The notes below the pieces were generated by a model. It did no database searches. It was not told where the DNA came from and worked only from the letters and a program-made list of their open reading frames with translations. 64,000 bases of DNA from Octopus bimaculoides (Eukaryota), in NCBI RefSeq assembly GCF_001194135.2, contig NC_069003.1:32100660-32164659 (forward strand), read 5' to 3'. Made by a program: the position numbers and the translations under genes. Shown here in pieces: positions 24,406-37,009 of the stretch; the stretch's first letter is position 1, and each line of letters opens with the position of its first letter.

Positions 24406-27400
24406 TGGATCAGAACAGACCTAGGATTATTGGTAATTAAGGGGTGACTTCATGCTCCCCACAACTCCAGAACTCCCAAGCTGGAGTTTCACCATCGAAT
24501 AAAAGAACTCTCTATACTTACTCGATTATCATCATACATCTGTTTTCCCTGCTGGCATGGGTTGAATATTTCAACAAGAATTGATGAGGTAGAGGACTGT
24601 GCCAAGCTCCAGTGTCTACTTTGGCATAGTTTCTACTGTTGGATGTCTCTCCTGACACCAATCACTTCAGAGATTGTACTGGGTGCTTTTTTTCATAGCG
24701 CCAGCACTATATTGCATTACTGTCATTGATGAAAGTTATGTTTTTGCAACATTAATATTGAAATGTGATAAATAGGAGTGTTTATTGTGTTCTTTTTGCT
24801 TAGTTCCATGTCATTCTTGATCAGACCTGTTAATCCAGATAGAACCATCTACCGTCATTCTTCTCAGAAACACTATATTATATGGGTTTACGAAGGGTAA
24901 ATACCCAGAAACTCAAGTCCGTACGTATCACGTCAGATTGATGATGGGAAGGATGCCTTCCCATTGAAAATACTGACAGGGCACAGAAAATGTGTCAATA
25001 GCCAGCTGGAGGAGATGTTCTCCTGGGGCTAAAAGCAACAGTAGCATCCACCCTTAGGGTCTAGCCACATTTAAGTGGCAAATATACTTCACGTCGTGCA
25101 GTTACTGTTTGTTCCTCGTTCAGAGATTTAACATTGATTATATTATATGGGTTTACATTATTCTCCATATAGTCCATTTTTTTTTGTTTTTAAGAAAGGA
25201 AGCTTGACTTTGAGGGTGATTTGTCTACAACTTTTATCAGGTTGTGCAAACATATACAGAAGCCCATATTGTTCCCCCGCCCCCTACTGTATGATGTTAG
25301 CTCTGCACAGTTTCCACCTGTCAAGTTTTACTCTGAAGTGTTATCGTCTAACTTGAAGCTATGATAGAAGATATTTGCAAAGGTGGTGTGAATTGGAATT
25401 GAACCTGGAATCACATGGTTGCAAAGTGGACCTTTGTAGTTGCCTGACCGCATACACACATCTTTCTCTCTAACTTTATTTCTCTCTCTTCACACACACA
25501 TATATATATATATGTATACAAAGAATTTTGAATAAAATATATTAATTTTTATATGTTATTGTGTTTTATACAAAAATTCCCTGTTGATTGATTTAAAATG
25601 TTTTGTATCTTTTCCAGTTTAAATGGATCTCATTTTAACATATCTCTTAATTGAGATAATTATATGTATCTAGGCAGTTCTTTCTGGAAACTTCTGGAGC
25701 CATGAATATACTTCATGTTTAGTTGGATGAACAAGAAGCTAGCATAGTGTATTCGACTACAATAGTCATTAGTATAAACTGAAAAGAGCTGTGTTGAAAT
25801 TTTATGCTATGTTCTGGAAAATTCTGAGATTTTTCTCTTTTCTTTTCGCTTTATATTTTATTTATCTATTTTTTGATACATATTTCTCGGTAGGGCATCT
25901 GTAAATTTCATATCGATAAATTTTCTCTGATTTATTTATTCATTATTATATATTTTTTTTTTGTGTTTTGTGTTTGGCTTCTGAACACAAAAGGTTAGTG
26001 AAAGATCAATAGAAAATTAAGAGCTGTGTTACCTCAAGCTGTCTGAATTCCTGAAAAATATTATTGGAGGATTAATGATCATAAAGAATAAGAAAAATAA
26101 CAGAAAATAAATAGTATAATGTACAAAACCAAAGGCCATTGGAGTATCCAATAAAAGTGGTATTGATCTCTTTAAGGTTCCTTTTATAAAACTGCCATTG
26201 TATATTGTGTGCTTGGTTGGCTTAATTGATGTGTTTTTAGTTTTTATTCAATTGAATTTTATGGTTTAAACTTTTATGATTATTGTATTGTCTCATGCGT
26301 CAATTAAAATTTTATTAACTTTTTATGTAAAAAAAGTAGAAATAATTCTGTATAATTTAGGCTTTCAGATTGTATGAATATTTTGGATAAATATTGATAA
26401 AATTGCTATAGTTGAAAGAACTATGCTTTTTCCTTTTATAGAAAATCCTATTTCTTGATATGTTACTACAAGTTAGTCTGTATTACTTCAGAATATAAAA
26501 TGTAACTTCTCAATTTAAATGATTGTAGTTATTTAATATTCTGTAAAAAAAAAAAAAAATCTTCAGTTGAAGTGCTTTGCAGTTGATAGTTCTATTTTTT
26601 TTCTTTTTCTTTTTCTATCAATAATATAATTGCTGTTGCTTTTGTTTGTAAAAGCTCTTCTCATAGTACTTTTATCTTGGCTATTAAAATGGAGTCCACT
26701 TTAAATTGTGGGAAAAAAATGTGTAGTTTTTTCTGATTTTAGTGTGATATTTGCAAATGACTAAAAATAAGCATGTTTTAGATGTTTTAGATAAAGGCAT
26801 GTTTTAGTTATATAAATATTTTTAGGTATATGAATATGGTTTATACATGTATGTTTTAGTTAGATAAACATGTTGCTTCTACATACACACACACACAAAA
26901 CATATTCTAGACATAAATATTTGAAAGATATGAATATGGTCTAGACATTTAGATATATGAGCACATACTGTGTGAATAATCATGGGCTGTAACACCTTTT
27001 GAGCATTCTTTTTCCTGGTAGTCTCTCGAGTTTGAGAAAGACAATCGTGTTGTATGGTCATCATGTATGGATGTTCATGTGACTTCAGTAGGCTGAAGTC
27101 AGATGCACAGATAAAGGAGATACAGATGTACAACGCAAAGACCTGTGCATGAAAATGTTATAGTGGGGAAAGCCTTGGCATAGAGACACTCTCTGTTGAC
27201 CTTATCCGTCAGGGTCCACTAGCATGGAGATAGTTATGAATGGTGGCCTTTCTGGCTGCAGGAATTGCTGGCCAATAGGCTGGTATGGTCCTTTTCATTG
27301 ACTTCTTCTCCAGGTTAATTCCTGTAGTCTATACAATAGCTGAATGTAACTTTAAGGCTGCAGAGGTTTTATATCAATTTTCCCTCTCCAACCTTTTGAT

Positions 27401-27649
27401 CATAAGGCTGCTCAATCAGGGATGACCTAGGGCTAAAATCTGACAACACTGGTACAGTTGAAATGAACAATTTTTGGAGAGTAATAACTTTGAATTAAAA
27501 ACTGATACAGGGGCAAAAAATCTGGAATGGCAAGCATACTGTAGTGTACCTGTTAATATATTGTTGACTTGTAAGCATTAGATGCATGATTCATCTTATG
27601 TCAGTGAGCCTGTTTCTCTTTTCTGTCTCATATTGAGGTTTATAAAGTC

Positions 27650-28110
27650 TCATCATCATCATTTAACATCCATTGTCCATGCTGGCATGGGTTGGACAGT
27701 TTGACCAGGGCTGGCCAGCTGGAGGGCTGCACCAGACTTCAGTCTGATGTGGTGTGGTTTCTATGGCTGGATGTCCTTCCTAACGCCAACCACTTCAAGA
27801 GTGTAATGGGTGCTTTTATGTGCCACTGGCATGACACCAGTTTTAAGCCAAGTAAAATCACAGCTGTGAAGTTGTGAATTTACTTGGCTTGATGGGTCTT
27901 CTTAAGCACGGCATAATACCAAAGGTCTTAGTCATTTATCATTGCCTCCGTGAAGTCTTACACTTGAAAGGTGCTTTTGATGTGCCACTGATATTAGCCA
28001 TCTTGCCTCCGTTAGACCCAATGCTCAAAAGGTGCTTTTTATGTGCCACCAGCATGGGTGCCAGTTAAGTGACACCAACATCAGCTACAACTATTATTTC
28101 ACTTGGCTTG
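27650..28110 (-). mobile_element. Family E element, long copy
   Basis: (CAT)n, then TTTAACATCCATTGTCCATGCTGGCATGGGTTGG and internal GGTGCTTTT..TGTGCCAC subrepeats. Confidence 0.8.
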
Positions 28111-28492
28111 ACTTCATTTACATAAAATTCTATACAATTAAATCCTAAATTGTGTCTCAATTATAATGTACTGTGGTAAAACAAGTGATTGTTAGCGTGG
28201 ATCCTGATGGGGTGGTAGTGATGGGGAGTGCTAATGAGCTCAAAATAATAAGTTCTCAGCTGGTGAAATGAAGCGGTGAAAATCTGGTGTTAGAAGCATG
28301 TAAATATGGTTAACTTTTATCTGCAGAAGTATATTGCCTATGTATTTCTGTAAGTTTTGAAAATAACCAAGAATTTGGTTGCATTTAATGTAATAACTAA
28401 CTTTTACATTTATTCCCATATCAAATGTTTGGAACATAATATTAAGGTTCTTACATAGAATTATGATAGTTTTATATTGAAATAAGAACACT

Positions 28493-28738
28493 TTAACCTT
28501 TTGACTACAAAATAAAATTTTACGATTATTCTGGTAATGATGTTAAATGTTTACCAAAAATAGTTGTTTTTTTTCTGCAAGTCTTGTTGCCTCAATAAAC
28601 TTGACATATCTCTACAAAAAATTATTTCAAACATGACATTCCTCAACATAAGATAAATTGGTGTAAAAACTGCCTTCCACATTTGATGGTAATGAAATTT
28701 TGAGTGGATGTATCTGATTTCCACAGTGAAAGATTTAA
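28493..28738 (-). mobile_element. TTAA-type MITE family 2
   Basis: The reverse complement is colinear with 44553-44791; ends resemble TTAA-CCCTTT ... AAAGG-TTAA. Confidence 0.6.
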
Positions 28739-28804
28739 AATGAGAAGTTTGTATTAGAGAAAGAGAGGTGATTTCAAACACGATTTTTTTCTTTTACCAT
28801 TTAG

Positions 28805-28920
28805 TTGGAGAAAAGGGCAGTGTCCATGGCCTTTATATTTTCAGGACATTTAAAACTGGTAGGAGAAAGAAAGGAAATGATCCTCAAGCTTGGAGACATT
28901 ATCAGGATGCTTGCAACAAG
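28805..28920 (+). other. Candidate internal exon (116 nt, or 76 nt from 28845); product unknown
   Basis: Pyrimidine-rich acceptors (TTTTTTTCTTTTACCATTTAG; TATATTTTCAG) and donor AAG/GTGAGC. Two frames are open: LEKRAVSMAFIFSGHLKLVGERKEMILKLGDIIRMLAT and GEKGSVHGLYIFRTFKTGRRKKGNDPQAWRHYQDACNK. Confidence 0.28.
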
Positions 28921-29849
28921 GTGAGCTGCTAAAAGCACTCAGGGACCAAGTAGTGGTGTTAAACTGGGTGATGGATTAACCCTTTAGAATTTAAACTGGC
29001 CATATCTGGCCCAAATATTCTACCTGTATTGTGTGAAAACCAGCTAGATCTAGCCTTTCACACCTTTACAATGTCATTTTAAAAATAAACAAGCAATCAT
29101 CTCATCAAGATCTCAAAGCTATGAGGAAAGCCATGATTAATTCAAAACAATGTAAATAAATAAGCATTTGCTAAAATCCTTAGAACAGAGCTAGAACAAA
29201 CATTGTAAAGCATCTTATATAATAATAATGAAATTATTGTATACAGTGCTCAGGTGCACTACAGCTTGTCAAAAGTGTGTATAAAGCATATGCAGTAATG
29301 TGTTGACAAAAATCTTGAAGTGTTTTTGCAAAGCTCTTCCTCAGAGAGAGAGAGAGAGATTTTAAAAATTCTTTTATAACACTGAGAATATATAACTGTG
29401 AGGCAGAGGAGAAAAAGATAAGATGAAGGCACAAGCAAAGAAGTGGATAACCAGGCAAAAATGGTGTTAATAGGTGGTCAGCATCTAGAGTGTCAAAGTG
29501 GTTATTAGAAGAGTGATGAGTTAAACAGACTGAATCCTATTGCAGACATGGAGTTGGCTAGGAGGGGTGGTTGTGCTAAAAAGTAAAACAGATATTGGAG
29601 TTTTTTAAGTATATAAACACACACACATACTATACACAAACATGAAAAGTGGCTGTTTCCATTGCAATTTCTTTTGAGGAGACAGGCTAAGAAAAACAAC
29701 AAAAAAAAGTCTGTTTTACATCTTACTGCTTTGAAATATTTGAATAAATAATGTAAGTAGTATTTGCAAATATTAGTTAAGGTCAAATATTGTGCGAGGA
29801 GACCTATAACTTTGAGTTTAAATCTCTTCTTTCCAAAGAAGTGCTTTAA

Positions 29850-30057
29850 CCCTTTAACATTCAAATTACTCTGCTCATTTATTGATACTGTTTTGAATTA
29901 ATCAGGTTTTGTCTCATACCTTTGAGATTTCAATGATGTTATTGCCTATTTTTAGAATGATATTATAGGGTAGGTGTGAGAGGCCAGATCTGTCCAGTTT
30001 GAACATAAAACTGGGGGCATATTTGGGTTGGATATGGCCAGTTTAAATGCTAAAGGG
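29850..30057 (+). mobile_element. TTAA-type (piggyBac-like) MITE family 1, complete 208-bp copy; others near 6180-6400, 28977-29170, 32943-33160, 46262-46467, 55262-55468 and 61850-62066
   Basis: TTAA|CCCTTTAACATT ... AATGCTAAAGGG|TTAA, with TTAA at 29846-29849 and 30058-30061. Confidence 0.88.
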
Positions 30058-30861
30058 TTAAATGAAATGTCTCCACCGTCAACATCCTCAGCTTTAAACT
30101 TGTGATCTTTTGTTAATAATTTTTTCAATGATTACCATTACTAGTTTCCAAACGAACGACTAAGCCTATATGTGATTGATTGACCAGCTAGAAATAGCGA
30201 AATTTCCCTCCTGTCACACTCTGTTGCCGTAACCTTTTTGTTACCATTTTTCTGTTACACCCTCTTTATTTCAAATTTTCGAAAAAATAAGAATTTACTA
30301 AAATATCTTGGTCATTAGCAAGCTGGTAATTGGAACATAAATCAACATGGAATTTTAATGGGATATTTTAATTTAGATCACTTTATATAGAAAGTGTGTA
30401 TCATAGAAGCAGGATTAGTATTGGTCAAATTGATATCAAAAGAGTTAAAAATAATGGGAGGACACTTTGAAAAGCATAGGCCTATATTTCTGAAAACAAG
30501 ACAGTGCAGTTCACGACTGGAACAGATCTGCTCAATTAAGGTGGACCTGAGGCTAAACGTTGACATCTAGTTTCTTCAGATGATAATTTAGATCTTCTAT
30601 AAAATTTATTTAGAATTTCTATAAATGGTTTCTGTACCAGAAGCCATAATTGATATGGAATAACTACTACTAGAATACTGATCAAATAAAGAAAACATAT
30701 CCCCCCAACTAACTCAGCATGTGTGTTCTATTTATGGACTCAAGGTCATGGATGTAAAGGCTGCCCTTAAAACTGCCTCTAACCAAACAAAGTAACAGCA
30801 TATATCTTACATCTTCTTGCCTTGAGATACTGGAATTAACACCATAAATATTTACAAATTT

Positions 30862-31103
30862 GGATAGCTCACAGGAAAGACTCACAAGATGGGTTCTTCA
30901 AGCTGAGCCAACTGGCAGGAGATGTAGGGGTAGACCGAGAGCAAATGGATTGATAATAATATCCAGTCTCAGTTGGTCACACTTGGGAATCCAGCCAGAG
31001 AGTCTAATGGCAGTTGCTTCAGATAGGACCCTGTGTAGGAGGTGTCTGAGGAATTTACCCTCACACCCTCCTGGGAATAGTGGACAGAAAAGATGGATGG
31101 ATG
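30862..31103 (+). mobile_element. RTE LINE 3' end (Rex3/Expander-like) with (GATG)n tail
   Basis: QERLTRWVLQAEPTGRRCRGRPR...SSLSWSHLGIQPESLMAVASDR...LPSHPP, then GATGGATGGATG. Confidence 0.8.
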
Positions 31104-31326
31104 TGTCTCTATGCTGTTGGAGAGGCATGTTGTCTAAATTGTGTGGAATTTCTCACTCTCAAGAAAGGTTTTATATTCACTGGCATCTGCATTCATGCCT
31201 TTTTACGACATTGGAAATAATCCAAATTTGTGATCGGCACTAGTTTCAAAGACTGTTTTTTTGATCTAGTTAGGTTTGCTCAGATTTACTTAACATATTC
31301 ATACCACCCATGATGGTCCCATATAG

Positions 31327-31375
31327 CAGGGGTCCTCAACCACCAGGCTATGGACCAGTAGCAGACTGTCGATCA
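31327..31375 (+). mobile_element. Isolated hAT left terminus
   Basis: CAGGGGTCCTCAACCACCAGGCTATGGACCAGTA resembles the ends at 60843 and 61349; no right TIR found. Confidence 0.4.
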
Positions 31376-31700
31376 TTTGCTTCTAAACTGCACCCCTTTT
31401 TATATTTATAGAGGTTATGCATTCTTGTGAATCATTTTAGACATGCAACGTAGTAGTAATTGAGATCCAAAATTTTGTGCGACTCCATTAAACATTGGGG
31501 GCAGTGAATTTTTTACTTTCAAATTCCCGCTAAAGCAGCCTGTGTTTATAGTAATTTCACACTCGCATTACTAGCACCATAGCTGATCTGCTTATGACGG
31601 CTGGGAACTGTTTGCTTATGACAGCATCTGTTTGTCAGAAAGAAGGTATCTTGTTCAAGAATATTGAATATATATATATGTGTATGTATTTATGAGTGTG

Positions 31701-31780
31701 TGTATATCTAAATGTATGTGTGTATATCTAAATGTATGTGTGTATATCTAAATGTATGTGTGTATATCTAAATGTATGTG
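31701..31780. repeat. Perfect tandem repeat, 4 x 20 bp
   Basis: (TGTATATCTAAATGTATGTG)4. Confidence 0.95.
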
Positions 31781-31830
31781 TGTATTTATGAGTATATGTA
31801 CATATGCATCTGTATGTGTGTAAGTGTGTG

Positions 31831-31867
<37 letters not shown>

Positions 31868-32888
31868 CTCTATATATATATCTGAATATATAGCATAACT
31901 TACCTTATGTTAACTTCTTTCAGTTGTTTTACATTAATATCTATGTATTCATTCTGGGTTTCCACACAGTTTGTCTCCTGAATCCCACCCACAGAGGCAT
32001 TGCTTAACCCAATGATAAAAGAGCTTACCCAAGGTACCACTCAGTGGGGAAGGGAATTAAACTTGAAACCACATGGTTGCAAAGTAAACTTCCTAACCCC
32101 ATGGGCATACTAACTTTTCTTCAACTATTTGTAGTTTAAACAGCTTTACTGTTAGATGATAATAATGATTTGGTAAGGTGGCTTAGAAAAGATGATTGTC
32201 TTGGAAAGACTAACATATCTTACAGAAAGATCTGAAATCCATTTATAATTAGATCCTTCTCTATCCATTAAGGTGATATTCATTTGTGATAAATTCTAAG
32301 CTGACAGAGAAGAGCTTCTCCATGGTAGCTTAACCTGCTTGAAATATAGTAACCAAATCTCCCTCAATTCATGCCCTTACTATCTTAAAGAACAAAACAA
32401 AAAAGGGAGAAAAATATTGGGTAATGGTGTTCTAAATACAATTATGCCTGAAAAAATAAAATAAAATAAAAGGTTTTTACTTTATTTGTAAATCTGCTGA
32501 GTGTATTTTCTAGTAGTGTTCAAATTGTGTAACACTTTTCATCATTTGTCTTTCCCCATCTTCCCCTCATCTTGGGGGTGAGGGACCTAAGCTATTTGAC
32601 CTACTTATCTTCCACTTTTATCTCTGCAACAATTTATAGTCTAAACAGCTTTTCTGTTAGATCATTCACAGATGATAATGTTGCCTCCGGTACTGGTGTA
32701 GATATGCGACTTGGAAAAGATAAAGTCTTCGAAAGAGGAATATATCTAGTAATCTCTGAATTTTATATCTAACTGAATCTTTCTCTTCTAATAAAGTTGT
32801 TGTTGTTTAACCCGAAGCTCGTCATGTGCTTGCCTATCATTTAAGGCCTTCCAGCATTGATCATGCTATTCTATTAATTAAAATAAAA

Positions 32889-32928
<40 letters not shown>

Positions 32929-33159
32929 CTCATCATCTTCATTTAACCTTTTAGTATTCAGTTTATTCTATCAAATATAATGTTTGTTTATTTATATTGT
33001 TGAATTAAACATGCATTATCTTGTAGTTTAGAGATTTTGATAATGTGATTATTTAGTTTTGGAATGTATGGTTGAGGTAAGAGGCTGGATCTTGCGAATT
33101 TCAACATAAAACAAGTTAACTATTTTGGCTGGATATGGCTGGTTTGAATGCTGAAGGGT

Positions 33160-33500
33160 TAATGTTTACTTTTCCATGCTTGTATAGATCAAATAGATTC
33201 TCTGTTGAAATCGATTCTCTACATTCAGATGCCCTTCCAGTCACCAACCCTCACCTGTTTCTAAGCAAAGCAATATTTCCTGATGCCCAGACATGGAAGA
33301 TTGGAAATAAGCTACATTGCTTGTATGACAATGATGTTCATTCACAATCATCACATGATGTCAAAACAAGGTTATATATACATACATACATACATACACA
33401 ACAGGCTTCTTTCAGTTTCTGTTTACCAAATCCACTAACAAAGCTTTCTTCAGCCTAAGGCTGAGGTGCAGTGCAGTGGACCTGAATCTAACACCATATA
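33160..33500 (-). mobile_element. Family A head with E2 tail
   Basis: TTTTCCATGCTTG...GATGCCCTTCCAGTCACCAACCCTCACCTG joined through a (TACA)n tract to GGCTTCTTTCAGTTTC...CCAAATCCACT. Confidence 0.7.
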
Positions 33501-33530
33501 GTTGGGAACCAACCGTTCTCACAGTCTGCC

Positions 33531-34420
33531 TCTCTATAAGTTTCTAATTTACACAGGTCGGCAATTTTGAGGAGTTAAGGTTCAGTCGACCAACTTTTAA
33601 CGTAGTATTTGACTTGGTACTTTATTTTATTGATCCTAAAGGAATGAAAGGCAAAGCTGACCTCAGTGAGATTTGAACACAATGTAAAGCACTGGAATAA
33701 TTACCATTAGGCATTGTGTCCAACATGCTAATGATTCTGTCAACCCACAGTGATGTAGAATAATAACCTTCCAACTAGAGGCACAAGGCCTGAAATTTTG
33801 GTAGAGGGGCCAGTTAATTAGATAGACCCCCATGCTCAACTGGTATTTATTTTATTAACCCCACATGGATGAAAGGTGAAGGTGACTTTGGTAGAATTTG
33901 AACTCAGAACGTAGAGGTGGAAGAAATGCTATTAAATATTTTGCCCAGCATGCTAAAGATTCTGCCAGCTCACCACTTTAGAATAATAATAACAATGATA
34001 ATAATAATAATCCTTTCTACTATAGGTATAAGCCTGAAATTTAGTGGGAGGGGACTAGTCGATTATATCAACCCCAAGTGCATAACTGGTACTTATTTAA
34101 TCAACCCTGAATGGACGAAAGGCAAGGTCAACCCGAATTTGAACTCAGAACATAAAGACGGATGAAATACCACTAAGCATTCTGTCAGCTCACCGCCTTA
34201 ATAATAATAATGCTTTCTATTAAAGGCACAAGGCCTGAAATTTGTGGTGGGGGGGGGGACTAGTTAATTACATCGACCTGAGTGTTTCACTGGTACTTAA
34301 TTTATCAACCTACGAAAAGCAAAGTCAACCACAGTGGAATTTAAACTCAGAACATAAAGAGAAAGATGAAATGCCACTAAACATTTCACCCAGCATGCTA
34401 ATGATTCTGCCAGCTTGCTG
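33531..34420 (-). mobile_element. Four head-to-tail family B SINEs
   Basis: Units at about 33531-33755, 33760-33979, 34010-34198 and 34212-34420, with (AAT)n spacers. Confidence 0.85.
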
Positions 34421-34422
34421 CT

Positions 34423-34778
<356 letters not shown>

Positions 34779-35971
34779 TGAATAATAATAATAATGATGA
34801 TGTTGTTAATGCTATTAGATGCTTGTTAGAAGCAGCTATGAACAGCGCACTACTCATTAACACATGCTACCTGTTGTTTACTCTCAAGTCAACACTTGTT
34901 GATCAACAGGCTTATGATCAGAAATGTTAGTTAACATCCCAATTTTTGTCTCTGTATATTATATACCAGACAAAATAAACCAGAGTGCCTCTCCTCTAGT
35001 AAGATGGTAGGGTGTGACTTAAAGGAGTTTTGACTGCTATTTCTAGCATGCCAATTAAGGAGATTTGGTTAATATTTTATTAAGATGGTAGTGTGCTCAG
35101 TTGTCTGAGTTCGACCCTGCTTACTGTGTTCTCTTCACTGAGGATCTGGCTGGGTTGACGGCTCGTGTTGGTTGACCATATGCCACATGTTCACAGCAGA
35201 TGAGGAGGTATCTTGCAAAGATGAGGACTGACTGGGGCCCTACTTGATCGGTAGCTTGTGTGGACCTTGGGGATATACTGGAAAATGGTGAATGCAGTAA
35301 CAAACATCCTGCAACAGGTCACAACCCCCACAGCTGACCCTGACCTGATGCGATTTAAAGGGGTTTTGGTTTGCTGTTTCTAGCATGTAATTAAGGCAGA
35401 TTTGGCTAGTGTTTCCAGCATATCTGTTTAGGGGAGATTTGGCTAATATTTGGTGGGGTATGATTTAATATTTGGTATGGCTAATATTTGATGGGGCAGA
35501 GGGACTGACACGGGACCGCCAGCAATAGAGAGCAGTGGTGGGCCTGACTAGCTCTGCTCATGATTATGTCTTTAGGGATCACTACCCTGGTTTGACCCCA
35601 GCCTCATCAAGCAAGAGCATGAAGTAAACAAAACAATTTAAAGGGGTTTTGGCTGCTATATCTAGGATATCAATTAAGGGAGATTTGGCTAGTATTTCTA
35701 GCATGCTGAGCAACCATATAGAGACTCACTCATAATTGGCTCCTAATACATACTAGTAGTAAAGCAAAATGGCATAGTTTGTGGGTGGGGAAACACAGGT
35801 AAATAGTAGTTTTCTATTTTATCTCATTCATACTCTCACATCTTTCTGCATCAGCTGCTGCCTCCACCGTTCGTCTCTCTCTCACCTGGCATGTTGCTTT
35901 CTCAAATAATATTCAGAAGACCTTTGTGATTGTAAGGTGATGGGGGGGGGGATGTTAGTATCTGTGATGAA

Positions 35972-36010
35972 TGTGGTGGTGGTGGTGGTGGTGGTGGTGG
36001 TGGCAGTGGT
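35972..36010. repeat. (GGT)n microsatellite
   Basis: Directly visible. Confidence 0.9.
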
Positions 36011-36134
36011 GCAATTGAAAAGAAATGTAGTGGGTTGTTTACATAAGGACTATGCTTGTGATTGTTTCATGTCTCTGTTGTATAAATATAAGTTTTACTG
36101 TGGGAGATTGGTGCGAGGGATTGCGTGTGACTTC

Positions 36135-36410
36135 TGAAAAGTGTGTGTGTGTGTTATTCTCAGTGTGACTGTGTGAATTTTTCAAAGCACTGTGTGAGTC
36201 TGTGTGTGTGTTGATTGTGTGAAGTTCTGAAGTGTTTGTAATCTTGTGTGAGTTCTGGTATATTTTTGAGTTTTTGAAAGGTGTGTGTGTGTATGAGTGA
36301 GTATGCTTGTATATATATATACGTGTGTGATTGTGTGAGTTTTTCAAGGTGTATTTATTTTTGTGCATAATTATGAGTTCCAAAAGGTGTGCATATGTGT
36401 GACTGTGTCT
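36135..36410. repeat. Degenerate minisatellite of GTGTGAGTTTTTCAAAGGTGTG-like units
   Basis: About 6-7 recurrences of TGTG(A/T)G..TT(T/C)...AA..GTG interleaved with GT tracts. Confidence 0.55.
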
Positions 36411-36546
36411 GGGGCATTGTTTTTATAGTCTGTATACTATGCTTTTGTTCATGTTATATGGTATGTAAGTATTTTTTGTATGTACATTTTCCCCCCATCA
36501 CTTCCATTCCATGTCTGTTATGTGTGTCTCTCTCAGATGTTGTAAT

Positions 36547-36594
<48 letters not shown>

Positions 36595-37009
36595 CATTTG
36601 TCTATGTGTTTCAGGTGATTTAGTATGTGTAAGTGTCTAATAAGTATTGTCTTATAATTGCATTGTTTACCTGTCTCCAACGTAAGTGAGCATACGTGTG
36701 GGGGTATGTAGTATGTATGTGGGTGTCCTGCTCTGTATGTTGTAGTTGTTGTGGTTTAGTCTTAGGTCCAATTTAACTGAACAACTCTATGATCAAAAGC
36801 ATTCCTGCCATAGCTGTCTCATCTTGTTTTTCTAGATTAATATTACCTGATGTGTACTTATGTGAGAATGTATTTTTAAAGAAATTTAGTTGCTATTTCT
36901 AACAGGTTGAGCAACCACAAAGAGACTCTTTTATTTATTTATTTCTTTTTTTTTGTTAAGCATCATTTACATGTTTAGTTAATACTGGAGGTTCCAGATT
37001 TGTCGTTGG

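Noticed and set aside
31701-31780. Regular 20-bp repeats as a CRISPR-like array
   Set aside because: The repeats are contiguous with no spacers, in a eukaryotic context.
35092-35383. Frame of about 97 codons interrupted only by two TGA codons (selenoprotein-like)
   Set aside because: There is no start or splice context, no selenoprotein motif and no SECIS recognised, and TGA-only stops over this length can occur by chance.
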